A program made the translations under genes and the position numbers. From NCBI RefSeq assembly GCF_000181795.1, contig NW_003526941.1, forward strand, positions 2,445,700-2,509,699: a DNA stretch of 64,000 nucleotides, given 5' to 3'. The stretch's first letter is position 1; each line of letters begins with the position of its first letter. The notes below the pieces were generated by a model. It worked only from the letters and a program-made list of their open reading frames with translations, was not told the DNA's origin and did not search any database. The stretch comes from Trichinella spiralis (taxonomy: Eukaryota). This document shows, piece by piece, positions 1-12,469 of the stretch.

Positions 1-1915
1 CCCTCCTGTGCTCATCTCCTCTCCTCTAAACCTATTCATCTCCAAAATGGACTTATTTAAAATAACTTACCTGAGTTGCCAATACTTACCTTAATGCTTT
101 TTCAATTTTTGCGATGAAGTACATCAAGAACTATAAAATTAACTGGAAAAAATACTTACCTGAAGATGACTCGAAGTTTTCAAACAAAGCAACATGTTCC
201 AAACAGGTTTTAGATTCAGTCCCTAGCTGTTTCGGTTCATTTGCAACTAAAAAATGCAATTGAAAAAACTTACCTCAAGACTTCCTTGAAGTTTGCAACA
301 TGTTTCAAACAGCTTTTGCATTCAGTCCTAAACTGTATCGATTACTTTTCATCCAATGCAAAACAATTCATCTAAAATTGGTATAACAAAGAACAAAAAA
401 TAAAAATACTTACCTGAAATTAAAACCTAAATGACCTGATGAGAATAAAATGTACAAAGTGAAAATGAGAAAAAATAAAGAGAAAAGTAAAACAGCGTAC
501 AGCATTTCTGACATTTGACAAACAGCAAATGAACTAAAAGTTTCTAAATACATTATCTAAAACAACCATATAAAACGTAATCCATACGAATGACAGTGCA
601 TTTAATTGGAATTTCACATTACTTACCTCTGTTCAGCTTCACCGGTGAAGGTGATGCTAATTTGTATTAAACCTTAAAATTACATATTAAATAAATCATG
701 TAAAAATAAAAAAACAACTAATTATATATTGCCCTTGCTTCACCGTTAAAAGCGTGCAAACATATCCATCACCAAAATAGTAATTCATGATTAGGAACTA
801 AAAAGCACTAACCAAACATTTTTGCTTGAATATAAAAATCATTATCATGCAGCGCTATCCGTCTTAAATTACTTTTTATATGCCCTTTTCACATTCATTG
901 GTCTATGTGATCATATTTATACAAGTGAAGCACGAAATGTTGAACACAATAACAATATAGTATTGCTTACTTATTTCCATCAATCGGTTAAGTATCTCAT
1001 AGACTATGTGAATACAATAAATGTCCTTGTATGGAACTGTAATGGATGCCTTTCTTGCTTATCTGACATCTAAAAAAATTAAAAACATCTTTAATATGTT
1101 ATCTTAAAATCATTCCATTTACCATTTAATTTCCATAACACGTATTTGTAGCATTTTTTAAATTGACGTGAATATTGAAGGTGAAGTCATCTAAAAACAG
1201 AAAACAACTGTTTCATAATATATAATAATAACAAAGGAAAACATTAGTTTCCATTCACCATACATGTGAAGTCATGCAAACAGCATGCATAAAATACATG
1301 GACCACATTATCCATATGTAACTTACATCTTTCATAATGACAGTTGATATTAAAGAGTAGAATCCTAGTTGAGCCCGTGCACGCCTCCCTGACGATGCAA
1401 TGAATGATTGTACCCTTTAAAAGTTGTACCATAATAAATAAATTTTTGCCTAAAGGAGGAAAACTTTTGCCCCCCCGTAAATACCACCTAACCCCTCCCC
1501 CCAAAATAACCTTAAAAAACCTAAATATAATGGATTTAATTTAATGGACCTGAAATTTTTTACCGGGATTGGAATCCCATGCCATTAATACCCCCGGAAA
1601 CCCCGGAACCTTAAAAAGGGAAAATAAATGGGAAAACCTGAAAACCTGGTCCAGGGGAGGAAAAACAAAATTCCCCGAATTCCTTACCTTAACGGTATAA
1701 ATTAACCGAAGAACCTTTCTCGAACCTTACCGCCCATTTTATTTTCCCCCAAGGGAAACATGGCCTCTTGCCCCCTGAAAAAGGGCCGCCTTTCCCAAAA
1801 AAAAGGGTAAAATCTCCCCCAATTTATTTTTTGGCCCACACACGGGGCCCCACGGAAACGCTTCCCCGGGTTTTTTTATCACCCCCCCCGGCCCCTCCAA
1901 AACATCGGAAACACC
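1..1915. repeat. Copy 1 of a ~2 kb duplicated segment; 3' part (~1400-1915) is a degraded read tail ending at an N gap
   Basis: 1-1400 is near-identical to ~1985-3435 (both begin ccctcctrtgctcatctcctctcctct). 1400-1915 aligns loosely to ~3440-3880 with homopolymer expansions and is followed by 10 Ns (1916-1925). Confidence 0.92.
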
Positions 1916-1925
1916 NNNNNNNNNN

Positions 1926-1990
1926 TCCCCTCCAAATCTATCTCATCCCCTCCAAATCTATCTATCTCTCCTCCCCTCCAAATCCCCTCC
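1926..1990. repeat. Short pyrimidine-rich tandem repeat (CCCCTCCAAATC core, x3)
   Basis: tcccctccaaatc occurs three times immediately after the gap. Confidence 0.75.
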
Positions 1991-3880
1991 TATGCTCATC
2001 TCCTCTCCTCTGAACCTATTCATCTCCAAAATGGACTTATTTAAAATAACTTACCTGAGTTGCCAATAATTACCTTAGTGCTTTTTCAATTTTTGCGATG
2101 AAGTACATCAAGAACTATAAAATTAACTGGAAAAAAAAATACTTACCTGAAGATCACTCGAAGTTTTCAAACAAAGCAACATGTTCCAAACAGCTTTTAG
2201 ATTCAGTCCCTAGCTGTTTCGGTTCATTTGCAACTAAAAAATGCAATTGAAAAAACTTACCTCAAGACTTCCTTGAAGTTTGCAACATGTTTCAAACAGC
2301 TTTTGCATTCAGTCCTAAACTGTATCGATTACTTTTCATCCAATGCAAAACAATTCATCTAAAATTGGTATAACAAAGAACACAAAAAATAAAAAAAATA
2401 CTTACCTGAAATTAAAACCTAGATGACCTGATGAGAATAAAATGTACAAAGTGAAAATGAGAAAAAATAAAGGGAAAAGTAAAACAGCGTACAGCATTTC
2501 TGACATTTGACAAACAGCAAATGAACTAAAAGTTTCTAAATACATTATCTAAAACAACCATATAAAACGTAATCCATACGAATGACAGTGCATTTAATTG
2601 GAATTTCACATTACTTACCTCTGTTCAGCTTCACCGGTGAAGGTGATGCTAATTTGTATTAAATCTTAAAATTACATATTAAATAAATCATGTAAAAATA
2701 AAAAAACTAATTATATATTGCCCTTGCTTCACCGTTAAAAGCGTGCAAACATATCCATCACCAAAATAGTAATTCATGATTAGGAACTAAAAAGCACTAA
2801 CCAAACATTTTTGCTTGAATACAAAAATCATTATCATGCAGCGCTATCCGTCTTAAATTACTTTTTATATGCCCTTTTCACATTCATTGGTCTATGTGAT
2901 CATATTTATACAAGTGAAGCACGAAATGTTGAACACAATAACAATATAGTATTGCTTACTTATTTCCATCAATCGGTTAAGTACATAGGGAATGATAACT
3001 GGTCGCTGCCTTTTGAAACACTGTAAGAACTTATAGACTATGTGAATACAATAAATGTCCTTGTATGGAACTGTAATGGATGCCTTTCTTGCTTATCTGA
3101 CATCTAAAAAAATTAAAAACATCTTTAATATGTTATCTTAAAATCATTCCATTTACCATTTAATTTCCATTACACGTATTTGTAGCATTTTTTAAATTGA
3201 CGTGAATATTGAAGGTGAAGTCATCTAAAAACAGAAAACAACTGTTTCATAATATATAATAATAACAAAGGAAAACATTAGTTTCCATTCACCATACATG
3301 TGAAGTCATGCAAACAGCATGCATAAAATACATGGACCACATTATCCATATGTAACTTACATCTTTCATAATGACAGTTGATATTAAAGAGTAGAATCAT
3401 AGTTGAGCACGTGCACGCTTCCATGACGATGCAATGAATGAAGTATTCTGAAAAGTTGTACAATAATAAGTAAATTATGCAAAAGGAGGAAACTTTGCCC
3501 ACGGTAAAACAACCTAATTTTCCGTCAATAATAGCTTAAAAGCATAAATATAATGATTTAATTAAATGACTGAAGTTATTACGGTATTGAATCAAATGCA
3601 ATAATACACTGTAAACACGGACATAAAAGTGTAAAATAAATGTAAAAACTGAATACTGTCGAGTGATGAAAAACGAGATTCAGCGATTACATAACTTAGC
3701 GTAATAATTAACTGAGGACGTTATCTGACGTTACTGCTATTTATTTCAGTCAAGTGAACAAGTGCCTTGCTACTGATAAGGCCAGTTTCAGAAAAAGGTT
3801 AATTTCCATATTAGTTTTGGTCGAACAGTGCCAAGTGAACGTTGCATGTTTAATACGCAACTGCACTAAAACTGAACACA
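1985..3880. repeat. Copy 2 (clean copy) of the duplicated segment
   Basis: Direct repeat of 1-1915. It carries ~45 extra nt near 2984-3032 plus scattered SNPs and homopolymer differences. Confidence 0.92.
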
Positions 3881-6151
3881 AAATTAAGTATTGCGGATAA
3901 ATACTTAGCCATCGCATTTCAACATTGTACCATAAAATTTCAATTTAAAATATCCATCAATCTCAAATAGTAAAACAACTTTAAAATATAATATTTGCAA
4001 TATACTTCTCTAATTAGTAGATATTTAGAATGGTGAACAATTTATACGTAAAATTTCAAAAATTTTATACACGGAATTACCAATTCACAGAACTACACTG
4101 TATTAGCAGGTGTATTTTTAAATAGTAACGAAGCAACTCAAAAAATTCGACTCACCAATATACATGAATTCTCATGCTTGGGTTGCTTTATTCAATTACT
4201 TAAATTTCAACGAAGAGATTACAATAAATACAAAATAAAGTGTCTTCTAGTAATGCGGCTAGCTTTCCATTGTAAACGCCAATATTCAGTTGCTGCGCAC
4301 AATTGTCACAGAATTAATCGAAATGAAGCACAAAAGCAAACAAATAGTTCTTGCACATAAATTTGCATTTTGCTCCTTTCTACCAATTATCATTAGAATG
4401 GCCATTTTGAAATTGAATTTAAATTGCATGATCCTGAGGAAGTGTTTACACAAAATGCAAGCCAGCACAGCAAACTCTACGCACATTACTAATTTATAGC
4501 AGTTATTTTCCTACAATTCAACCTGCAAATTCATCTGAATTTTAAAATCATCATAGCATATCATGCAGAATGATAATTTAAAACATTTATTTTTCTTACA
4601 TGCTTTCAATTTCCATTCGATAACTTTCTGTGATAATAAAATTATGATTCTATTCATATCCATAACATGCATTAGTAGTATGAATCTGGAAATCGCTTAA
4701 ATCTTAAAGGTAACTTGCACTGGGTAAGTTATGAAAAGACATATTAAAAGTGTATAATTTGCTGTTTGATTACAGTTTGCAAATGTCTAAAGGTGCATCT
4801 AAAACTATATAATGAAAAAAGAAGGCAATCGGTGTATTCCAACCAGTATATCAGTAAATTCGTGCGAATAGCAAGCAAATTTCCCAGGTTATGAAAGCGC
4901 AGATGGCAATTACAGATAACACAACATGGCATACTATTCAATCAAAAATGATAATTAAAGGAGAGAACTGAAATTCACCGCCTGCCGTCAAAAAAATACT
5001 CTAAATTACTGACCATGAAAACTGAAAATCAGTAAAGGAGTAGTAAATCAATTATGGTAATAGCAAGCAAAGTACGTTGCTTTGGGGTGAATAACCTTGT
5101 TTTCAATTAGTAATAACGTATAAATGTCATTAAGCAGTACTGCTTTTCGTGATAGATTTTTACATTAAAGTGACAATGTAATTCTTAAAAGATCTTCCAA
5201 AATCTTACAGTACAACTATTCAAACCACATACATTGTAACATACAATAAAACAGTTATTTAATTCTAGAATAACAAAAAACAAGTTAATTAAAAGCCGAA
5301 CAGTAACAAATAAAATAAAATTTACTTGAAAGGGATAAATTACAAATACATTCTGACCAATAACAGAGCAGAAAAATCTTTCCCGTGAAATTTAGAGTTC
5401 ACGACAATCCATAGCATTAGAAAAAGCTTTTTTAGTGGGAGAAGAAAAGAACAAACAGATCAACTAACCTACACGTCAAGCGTATTCGTAAAAATCCATG
5501 TTTGATCTTATTCTACATCTTCCATTTCATTTCTTGACCGATTGTAACATCGACAACAATATCAGCAAGCTGTCGCCAGTGTTCATATGCAGAGCCTACC
5601 TTATATTTGTTCGACATCATTTATGTAAATATTTCATCCTATTCCAAGAACAAAATACGGACTTACCAAAACCAAACAGCAAACACCAGTAATATTAGCC
5701 AGTATAACTATGCATCAGTAATGACTGCAACACTTGAGATATTGAAAAGAAAAGTACATCAACAAATTCATTCTAAAAAATTTTCACCCTTATTAACAGT
5801 ATGAATTTTTATAATTCTGAAAGTAAAAAAAGATTTTTACATTCAAACGCAACAGTTGAAATTATTTTCAATTCCGCTTATTTCGAACGTAAGTCATGGT
5901 TTACTATATTTGTACTTAATTATCTTTTATTCAACAGTAATTCCAAATTCTCTGATTAGTAAATGGAAGTTCAGCAATACGTAATTACTGACGTATATTC
6001 AAGTGTAAAATAAATTGTAACTGAAAATGTAAGTGATTTGTAATTAATCCATACTGTTATAGCATTGACATTATGTGTATAGTATTGTATAGTCTTCCCT
6101 CGGACAAAATACATTCGCGTTCTTTCGTCAGCGGTTCAGTTCAGTGCAAGA

Positions 6152-6955
6152 ATGTTGCAAGAACCTGAAGATTCATTTGATTACTTGTTCAAAATTGTGC
6201 TCATAGGCGACATGGGAATTGGAAAAACTTGTGTAGTACAGCGATTCAAAAACGGCACATTTCTCGAACGACAGGGTTCCACTATTGGTGTTGACTTTAC
6301 AATGAAAACTTTAATTGTAGATGGAAAACGCGTCAAGGTAAATGGTCAACTAGTTATATTTGTTTGTTTGAAAAACAGTTTTAGCTACAAGTTTGGGATA
6401 CTGGAGGCCAAGAACGTTTTCGAACCATTACCCAAAGTTATTATAGAAGTGCAAATGGTATCATAATTTGCTACGATGTAACTTGCCGTAAATCTTTTAA
6501 AAATGTTCGGCGTTGGTTAGACGATGTTCTGAAATTTGCCGCTCCTAATGTAGTCAAACTACTAGTTGGTATGTTCATTTGTGTATTTTAGATTAATACA
6601 TGTGACCAAAAGTTTTACATTTTATTCAAACTTTATTCCTGTTTTGTTCTATTTTCCATTTGAGAATGTAAATTTGAACAACTTTTAAGCAACGAAGATT
6701 GATTTGGAAAATGACCGTCTAGTTTCTACTGAAGAAGGAGAAGCACTTGCTCAGGCGGAGCAGATGAACTTCATCGAAACGTCAGCTAAAGAAAACTTGA
6801 ATGTTGACCAAGCTTTCGAAAATTTGGCAAAAGACTTGAAAGCTCATTATTCCGTCACTACACCGTTGGATGATTACGTTAGCTCCTCAGATCGAATATG
6901 TCTCGATTCAAGGACGACGCCAGTACGAGGGCGCATCTTATCTTGCTGTTTTTAA
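6152..6955 (+). CDS. rab-19: Rab19/Rab43-family small GTPase, 3 exons (6152-6337, 6385-6568, 6690-6955)
   Basis: [50 protein letters not shown] and a C-terminal CC prenylation motif; GT-AG introns keep the frame. Confidence 0.93.
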
Positions 6956-7203
6956 ATATACTTAAATTACTAATGAAATAATTATTTCATGTGTCTCTAC
7001 TTAGAATTTTACTTACGTGTAGATTGCGTACTTGGGTGCTGACCATTAAGCCTGCTCTACCTGTGCTATCTTTGTTAGCTGTAACCAAACTCCATTAGCA
7101 AGTAAATGGTGAAATGATGAATGAATTTTCATTGATGATTTTACATGCTTCATTTGCATTTTCGAGATTTTGTTCTTTTTATCAAATGTCATTGTCAGTT
7201 TAA

Positions 7204-7446
7204 ATGCCTAATCGTAGGATGCCTAATGAGAAAATTCAGAAACTCATAGCAGCAGCTTTCGTCACGAAATTGGAACGCAAGAAGTGTCCAAATAAAGAAA
7301 CTAGTCTAATGGTTACCAAACTGTTCAAGATATTTCTTCGAGAAGCATGCCTACGAGCCGCTCAACAAGCAAGTTTAGAAAACAGTGACATTATCACTAG
7401 TGAACATTTGGCAAAAATTTTGCCACAACTTTTACTTGACTTCTGA
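7204..7446 (+). CDS. CENPX: Centromere protein X / MHF2 (STRA13) histone-fold protein, single exon
   Basis: 80 aa with FLREACLRAAQQA and the hallmark C-terminus EHLAKILPQLLLDF. Confidence 0.88.
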   Translation: MPNRRMPNEKIQKLIAAAFVTKLERKKCPNKETSLMVTKLFKIFLREACLRAAQQASLENSDIITSEHLAKILPQLLLDF

Positions 7447-8244
7447 ACAGTGCGTTTTAATCATTGGCTGATTGTGTGTATTTAAATGATGAATGAATGC
7501 ATGTGGCGTAAAAACAATACACTTAAATGTGAATGTTCAAGATGATTTACCAGTCTCTTGGAAGATCTAAATCTTCTGACTCGCTGTGCACATATATATT
7601 TGATAAAAAAGCAGTTACAGAATAAAATGATGATTTTTAGAGTTTTCTGCACGTGAAAATGATTACTTGCTCATCGCGTCCGTAATAAAGTAAAACATGT
7701 TTACAAATTATAAAAGATAATCAAGTAGCATTTCGACACTTATAAAATCACAAGGATTCGACAACATTTCTACCTTGACAACTCTATGTTTTTAATGAAA
7801 TAAATGTTTAAAAGAAAAAAAAACAATCATACCTGACTGGTGACTGAAATACATTTAAATGTTGTACTGACTGGTAGTACTTTTTTGAATTTCTTGCTTT
7901 TCAGTAGTTCAAATGCGAGTAAGCTTTGAGTCGTCATTTTGACATCGCTACAACAATCAAAACATGCAACGTTGTTTATTTATGTGGAATTTCATTTTTC
8001 AGCATTAGCATCTTTAGTTTATTTATTTTTGCAAAAACTGTGATATTTGCTTAGTATATAAAAGAAGTGAACAATTCTTCTATTAACTTACATCGTTTTA
8101 CTAACAACAGTAGACAGTGTACACTTCCACTTGTACATTTTCACGTAGCGTGATGTTTGAAATCCAATAAACATTCACACTTGTAAATCGATTATATATG
8201 CACATATGCAGTTATTAAAAAAGTTGTACTCTAATTTCCAAGTG

Positions 8245-8958
8245 TCAGTCTACGATGAGCCTTTTCCGACCGCGCAATCGTACTTGCTCCAACTGAGCAA
8301 GCACTTCAGAGCCTAGTTTTCCGTAGAATTTAGCATATGAGCCAAGTATTGTCCGGTAGAAAGATTCGGCGTTCGGATGCGTGCTCATGAATGCTTTTTC
8401 CAAAACAAGCAAATCCACCGCCTTGTCTTCAACCATCGAACTGACAAAGCTCAATCCAAAATCGATCAGTACAACGTGCCGGCAATTATCCGGCGACAGT
8501 GGCTGTTTCACAAGCAAATTTGACGTGGTCAAGTCGCCATGGATTATACCGTTCATGTGCATCTTTGCCAACACCTGACCAATTGTCGAAGCCAAATTGT
8601 CGACCAAGCCAACAGCACCAACTTCACGCATGCTGTCGAGCAAATTTTTCAAAGTAGTTGCATCTTCAATTGCACCAAAAACGATCAAATTCTGCTTACT
8701 GTCGACAAAGTATATCGGAGGCACTGGAATGCCCAATTTTCGACAATGCATCAAGCCACGTATCTCGGCTCGCATGCGTTCCTTGGTCAACAATTCATCC
8801 AAAGCAACATGTCGATATTTCTTTCTGAATCGCTCTTTTATAACAGCTGGCCTGCCATAAAAATTGGCCTTAAATATACGCGCTTCGGCTCCTTGGGCAA
8901 TCAGCGTCACCGTTGAATCAGAAAATGCAATTTTCTTCTCTGAACTGCAACTTCCCAT
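8245..8958 (-). CDS. TP53RK: KEOPS kinase Bud32/TP53RK, single exon
   Basis: QGAEA, KERFRKKYRH, HGDLTTSN, LIDFGLS, EDKAVDL and C-terminal RGRKR. Confidence 0.96.
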   Translation of the reverse strand: MGSCSSEKKIAFSDSTVTLIAQGAEARIFKANFYGRPAVIKERFRKKYRHVALDELLTKERMRAEIRGLMHCRKLGIPVPPIYFVDSKQNLIVFGAIEDATTLKNLLDSMREVGAVGLVDNLASTIGQVLAKMHMNGIIHGDLTTSNLLVKQPLSPDNCRHVVLIDFGLSFVSSMVEDKAVDLLVLEKAFMSTHPNAESFYRTILGSYAKFYGKLGSEVLAQLEQVRLRGRKRLIVD

Positions 8959-9132
8959 TGTGCTTTAAAAAACAAATAAACAAAAAGTACAAAGCTAATC
9001 AGTGAGAATTAACAAAAAATGTAACAGGCTACATAAGAAACCTTTCAAAAATACATCAAGCAAATCAAACATCAGCGATAAGAAAATAAATATCATTTTA
9101 TTGCAACAAGTTACTATAACATATTACCAAAC

Positions 9133-9162
9133 AGAGAGAGAGAGAGAGAAAGAGACAGAGAG
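9133..9162. repeat. (GA)n microsatellite
   Basis: agagagagagagagagaaagagacagagag. Confidence 0.8.
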
Positions 9163-9171
9163 CACAAAAAA

Positions 9172-11523
9172 TCAGCATATGCTGAAATCCCACAGCTTAA
9201 CACATGTGTCGTAGGAACCAGAAACTATGCGGAAATCGTTGAAGCTCAAGCAAGTCACACCGTCCGTGTGACTGTGTAGTGTGCAAATTCGTTCGCCCGT
9301 ATTCAAATTCCATACCTATAATTGATGACAACAAAATTAATAAAAATTCTAAACACGACAAGCATGAGCTTCGAAAACTTTGCCAAACCAAGCATTCCTT
9401 ACTTTCAATGTTTTGTCATCTGCACCGCTGACAAACCGCCACCTGTCAGCTTGTAGGCAACGTACAACGCCAGTATGCCCTTCGTTTTCTTTCCAATTTA
9501 TCGTTCGGAAACATCGACCCGTTCGTACATCCCAAACTTTTATTGTACAGTCAAAAGAAGCGGATACAATCTGCGTCTCGTTGAACTGCAAACAAGTGAC
9601 CGCTTTGGCATGCACATTGTGCAGAATCATCCCGGCTATCTGAGTTCTCAAATCCCAAATCTGATAAATAAATTTAAAAAAAAAGAAAACACATCAAATC
9701 AACAGATATAAAATCCCCAACCAAGATGGTATTGTTTTACTCGAATTGATCTATCCGAAGAGCCAGATATCAATTTCCGCCTATCAAATTGCAAACATAG
9801 TACTTCGCCCTCATGGCCGCTATAATTACAACCACCAATACTTAGCTATATATATATACATTTTTTATTCATATATATAATTTCGAACAATTATTCCTTT
9901 ACCTAAATGTGGCACTCTGCTGACCTGTTTTCAGATCCCAAGTTCTGAGAGTCTTGTCATAGGAGCCACTGATAATTTTCTCATCGTCCATCTGCATGAA
10001 ACAGTTACATATTTTACAAAATCATATATAAATCAGTAAAACCTGCAGACATCGAACGGCATCGGTGTGCCCAATCATGGTAGACCGACAGGCAATGCTA
10101 CTCCAATGTTCATTACTTGACAAATCCCAAACCTAAATAAGCAATTTTTTACTTCAATACATATCATGGCTTCAATTTTACTTTGAGTGTATGATCATTG
10201 GATCCAGATGCTAATCGTGAACCATTCAACTGCAAGCATCGGACAGTACCAGAATGACCAAGTAATGTCATAACAGCCAATGGGTTATTGGTTCTTATGT
10301 CCCACAACTTAAATTATGAATTCAATTGTTACATTTGTATTAAAACTTTTAACATACTTTGATCGACTTGTCCGATGATCCACTAACAATTCTATTTTCA
10401 TCAAATTGGACACAGGATATTCCTTTAATTTCATAATTCATAACAATAAAAATTAAAACTAATTAAACATAATATTACAACCTGTAAATAAATATGAAAA
10501 AATTCTATTATTTTGTGCAGAAACTGAGAAAATATTTTCAAACTACTTGCCTGCTGAATGCCCATAAAATGTACGCACTACACAACGTGCTTTCATCCAG
10601 TTACGTCGAAGACGATAACGCTCCAAAAATATTCCTTTCCACTTAAAGAGAGAAGATATTTAAAAAAAACATTAATGCAAAAAATATGCACAAATCACAC
10701 CTCAACTCTTCCTTCGCCAATACAATATCGGCTGGTAAGCTTCTGTTCCAGCTCAGTTGATGCAAGCCGATAATTTGAATTAAACAGACACATTGACTTC
10801 CATCCTTGATATTCTACAAATCTGTTCCATAATTTCGAAACGAGCGCACAACTAGCAACATCAACTGAAAAACGTATTCTTCTTTCTCTTTCAAAGCATC
10901 AGTTAATTAATTCAATTGTACTGCCTTACTTGGTTCCAAAAAAGAAAATATATGCATGAGAATATTGGATGGAAACAGTTCAAACGGATCGACAGCATTT
11001 TCTGAAAAATAATTATGTGAACTGGATTCCATGAAATCAGCTACTGGCTTCAACTGTTCAGGACCACAGTATAACTAAATGTCGACTTGGTAATTTTTAA
11101 CGCTAACAATTAGTATGCAAATCGACGATAAGCATACTGCAAAACTTTTGCGATCTAATTTTCAAAAGTAGTTCACTTAATGCTTACTAAAATATTGGAA
11201 ACTACAATGTTCTTTTCATCATCGGTAAAATGGGCCATCCACTCGCATAATTTCTAAAAAGTTTACAGTGATTAGGAAAAGAAACCGTTGATTGTTCAGT
11301 TATGATTAATTTGACAAATGCTTCTATAAGCATAAGAAATTAAACACCTATTTACCTCAAGCTTGTCGCTGAATGAAAGAAAACAAGTCGACGAAGCATG
11401 AGCATTACTATTCTGACTTCCATTGTGGGCAGCAGCATTGCTCGATTTCAATTCAGAATCATTTTCGCTACCATTTCCTAATCCTTCCATGTCAGAAACA
11501 GTTTCTTCGGGAAATCGTTCCAT
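9172..11523 (-). CDS. F-box/WD40 repeat protein (FBXW7/beta-TrCP-like architecture), multi-exon
   Basis: Spliced product has an F-box (DPFELFPSNILMHIFSFLEP) and about seven WD40 repeats (GHSAGISCVQFD, GHSGTVRCLQ, GHTDAVRCLQ, GHEGEVLCLQ, GHTGVVRCLQ, ...VKLWDFSIC*). ATG at 11523, TGA at 9172-9174. Confidence 0.88.
10423..10550 (-). other. GC-AG intron in the F-box/WD40 gene
   Basis: GGG CAT TCA GCA G|gcaagt...aaag|GA ATA TCC TGT restores GHSAGISC; the nearby GT gives a frameshift. Confidence 0.8.
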
Positions 11524-12469
11524 TTTTTATATCATTTGGCAAAATGAGCACAAACAGCAAGCAGTCCTGCAGCTGAAACAAGATGGTCTGTAAAATTGTA
11601 TCTTGTTCATTGTTAAACGGCAATTTTGATTATTCGTATTCGATAAGTTCACGTGCTAAAGAAATCTTTAATTATCCTTCTAATAAGCAATTTATGAAGG
11701 CAAAACGGCTTCGTTTTTATGCGCACATTTACCTCTGTCGTTAAAATTCACGCTTACAATTGATAAAAGTTCGTCAAAGATTTTCTTAACTACGACGACT
11801 ACAACGATTGATTTTTTAAGCTACATTATATTTCTAAAATATTAAAAATTAGACGATGACTGTTGAATTCATTTTCAAATGAAATACACAAAAAGTGTAT
11901 TGTGCTATACAGTCAATTATACTGTAATAATCAAGTTAGATGAATTTTTATATGCTAAATATTTAAATATGAAAAGTAAAAATAAAAACATTTTACTTTC
12001 GACATTAAAAATTATCTATTACAATTACAAATTAATTAAGCTATATTTCTGTTAAATAGTTTATTCACCTACATTTAATATTGCCGTTTTTGTGATAAAC
12101 AATTAATTTTTACTAAGAATTAAGTTCGCATAAAAAATTTTAGTTAATAAGACTTACACTATATTTAACATAAGTTTCTCAACATTTGAGAAAAAAATTT
12201 TTAGTCTTTTTTAACAATTTTTTTTGCTTTGCAAAATTCTTTTTTCAACTGCAGATAAAAATACGCCCTATTTCAAATTATCAGTATCTGATTAATTACT
12301 AATAATTGATGAAATTACTTAATTAGTTAAACAACAATTACTACATGCAAATCAGTGCATGAGTTAGGCAGTATTTTACAGCCAGTAGAAGACTTTAACC
12401 TGAAGATCCTGATAATTACAGTTGTTACAAAAAACAGTGTAGCTGCTTCACTGAAGTGCAGTGCAAGAG

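Noticed and set aside
1768..2013. Pro-rich ORF spanning the N gap
   Set aside because: It lies in the degraded read tail and crosses Ns, so it is an artefact.
7486..7578. Possible C/D snoRNA (ATGATGA...CTGA)
   Set aside because: It sits in the presumptive CENP-X 3'UTR, with no terminal stem or recognisable rRNA guide.
8381..8916. Plus-strand ORFs overlapping Bud32, and similar antisense ORFs over TIL, PP5, NDNF, RhoGAP and PC2
   Set aside because: They are shadow frames of genuine coding exons and show no motifs of their own.
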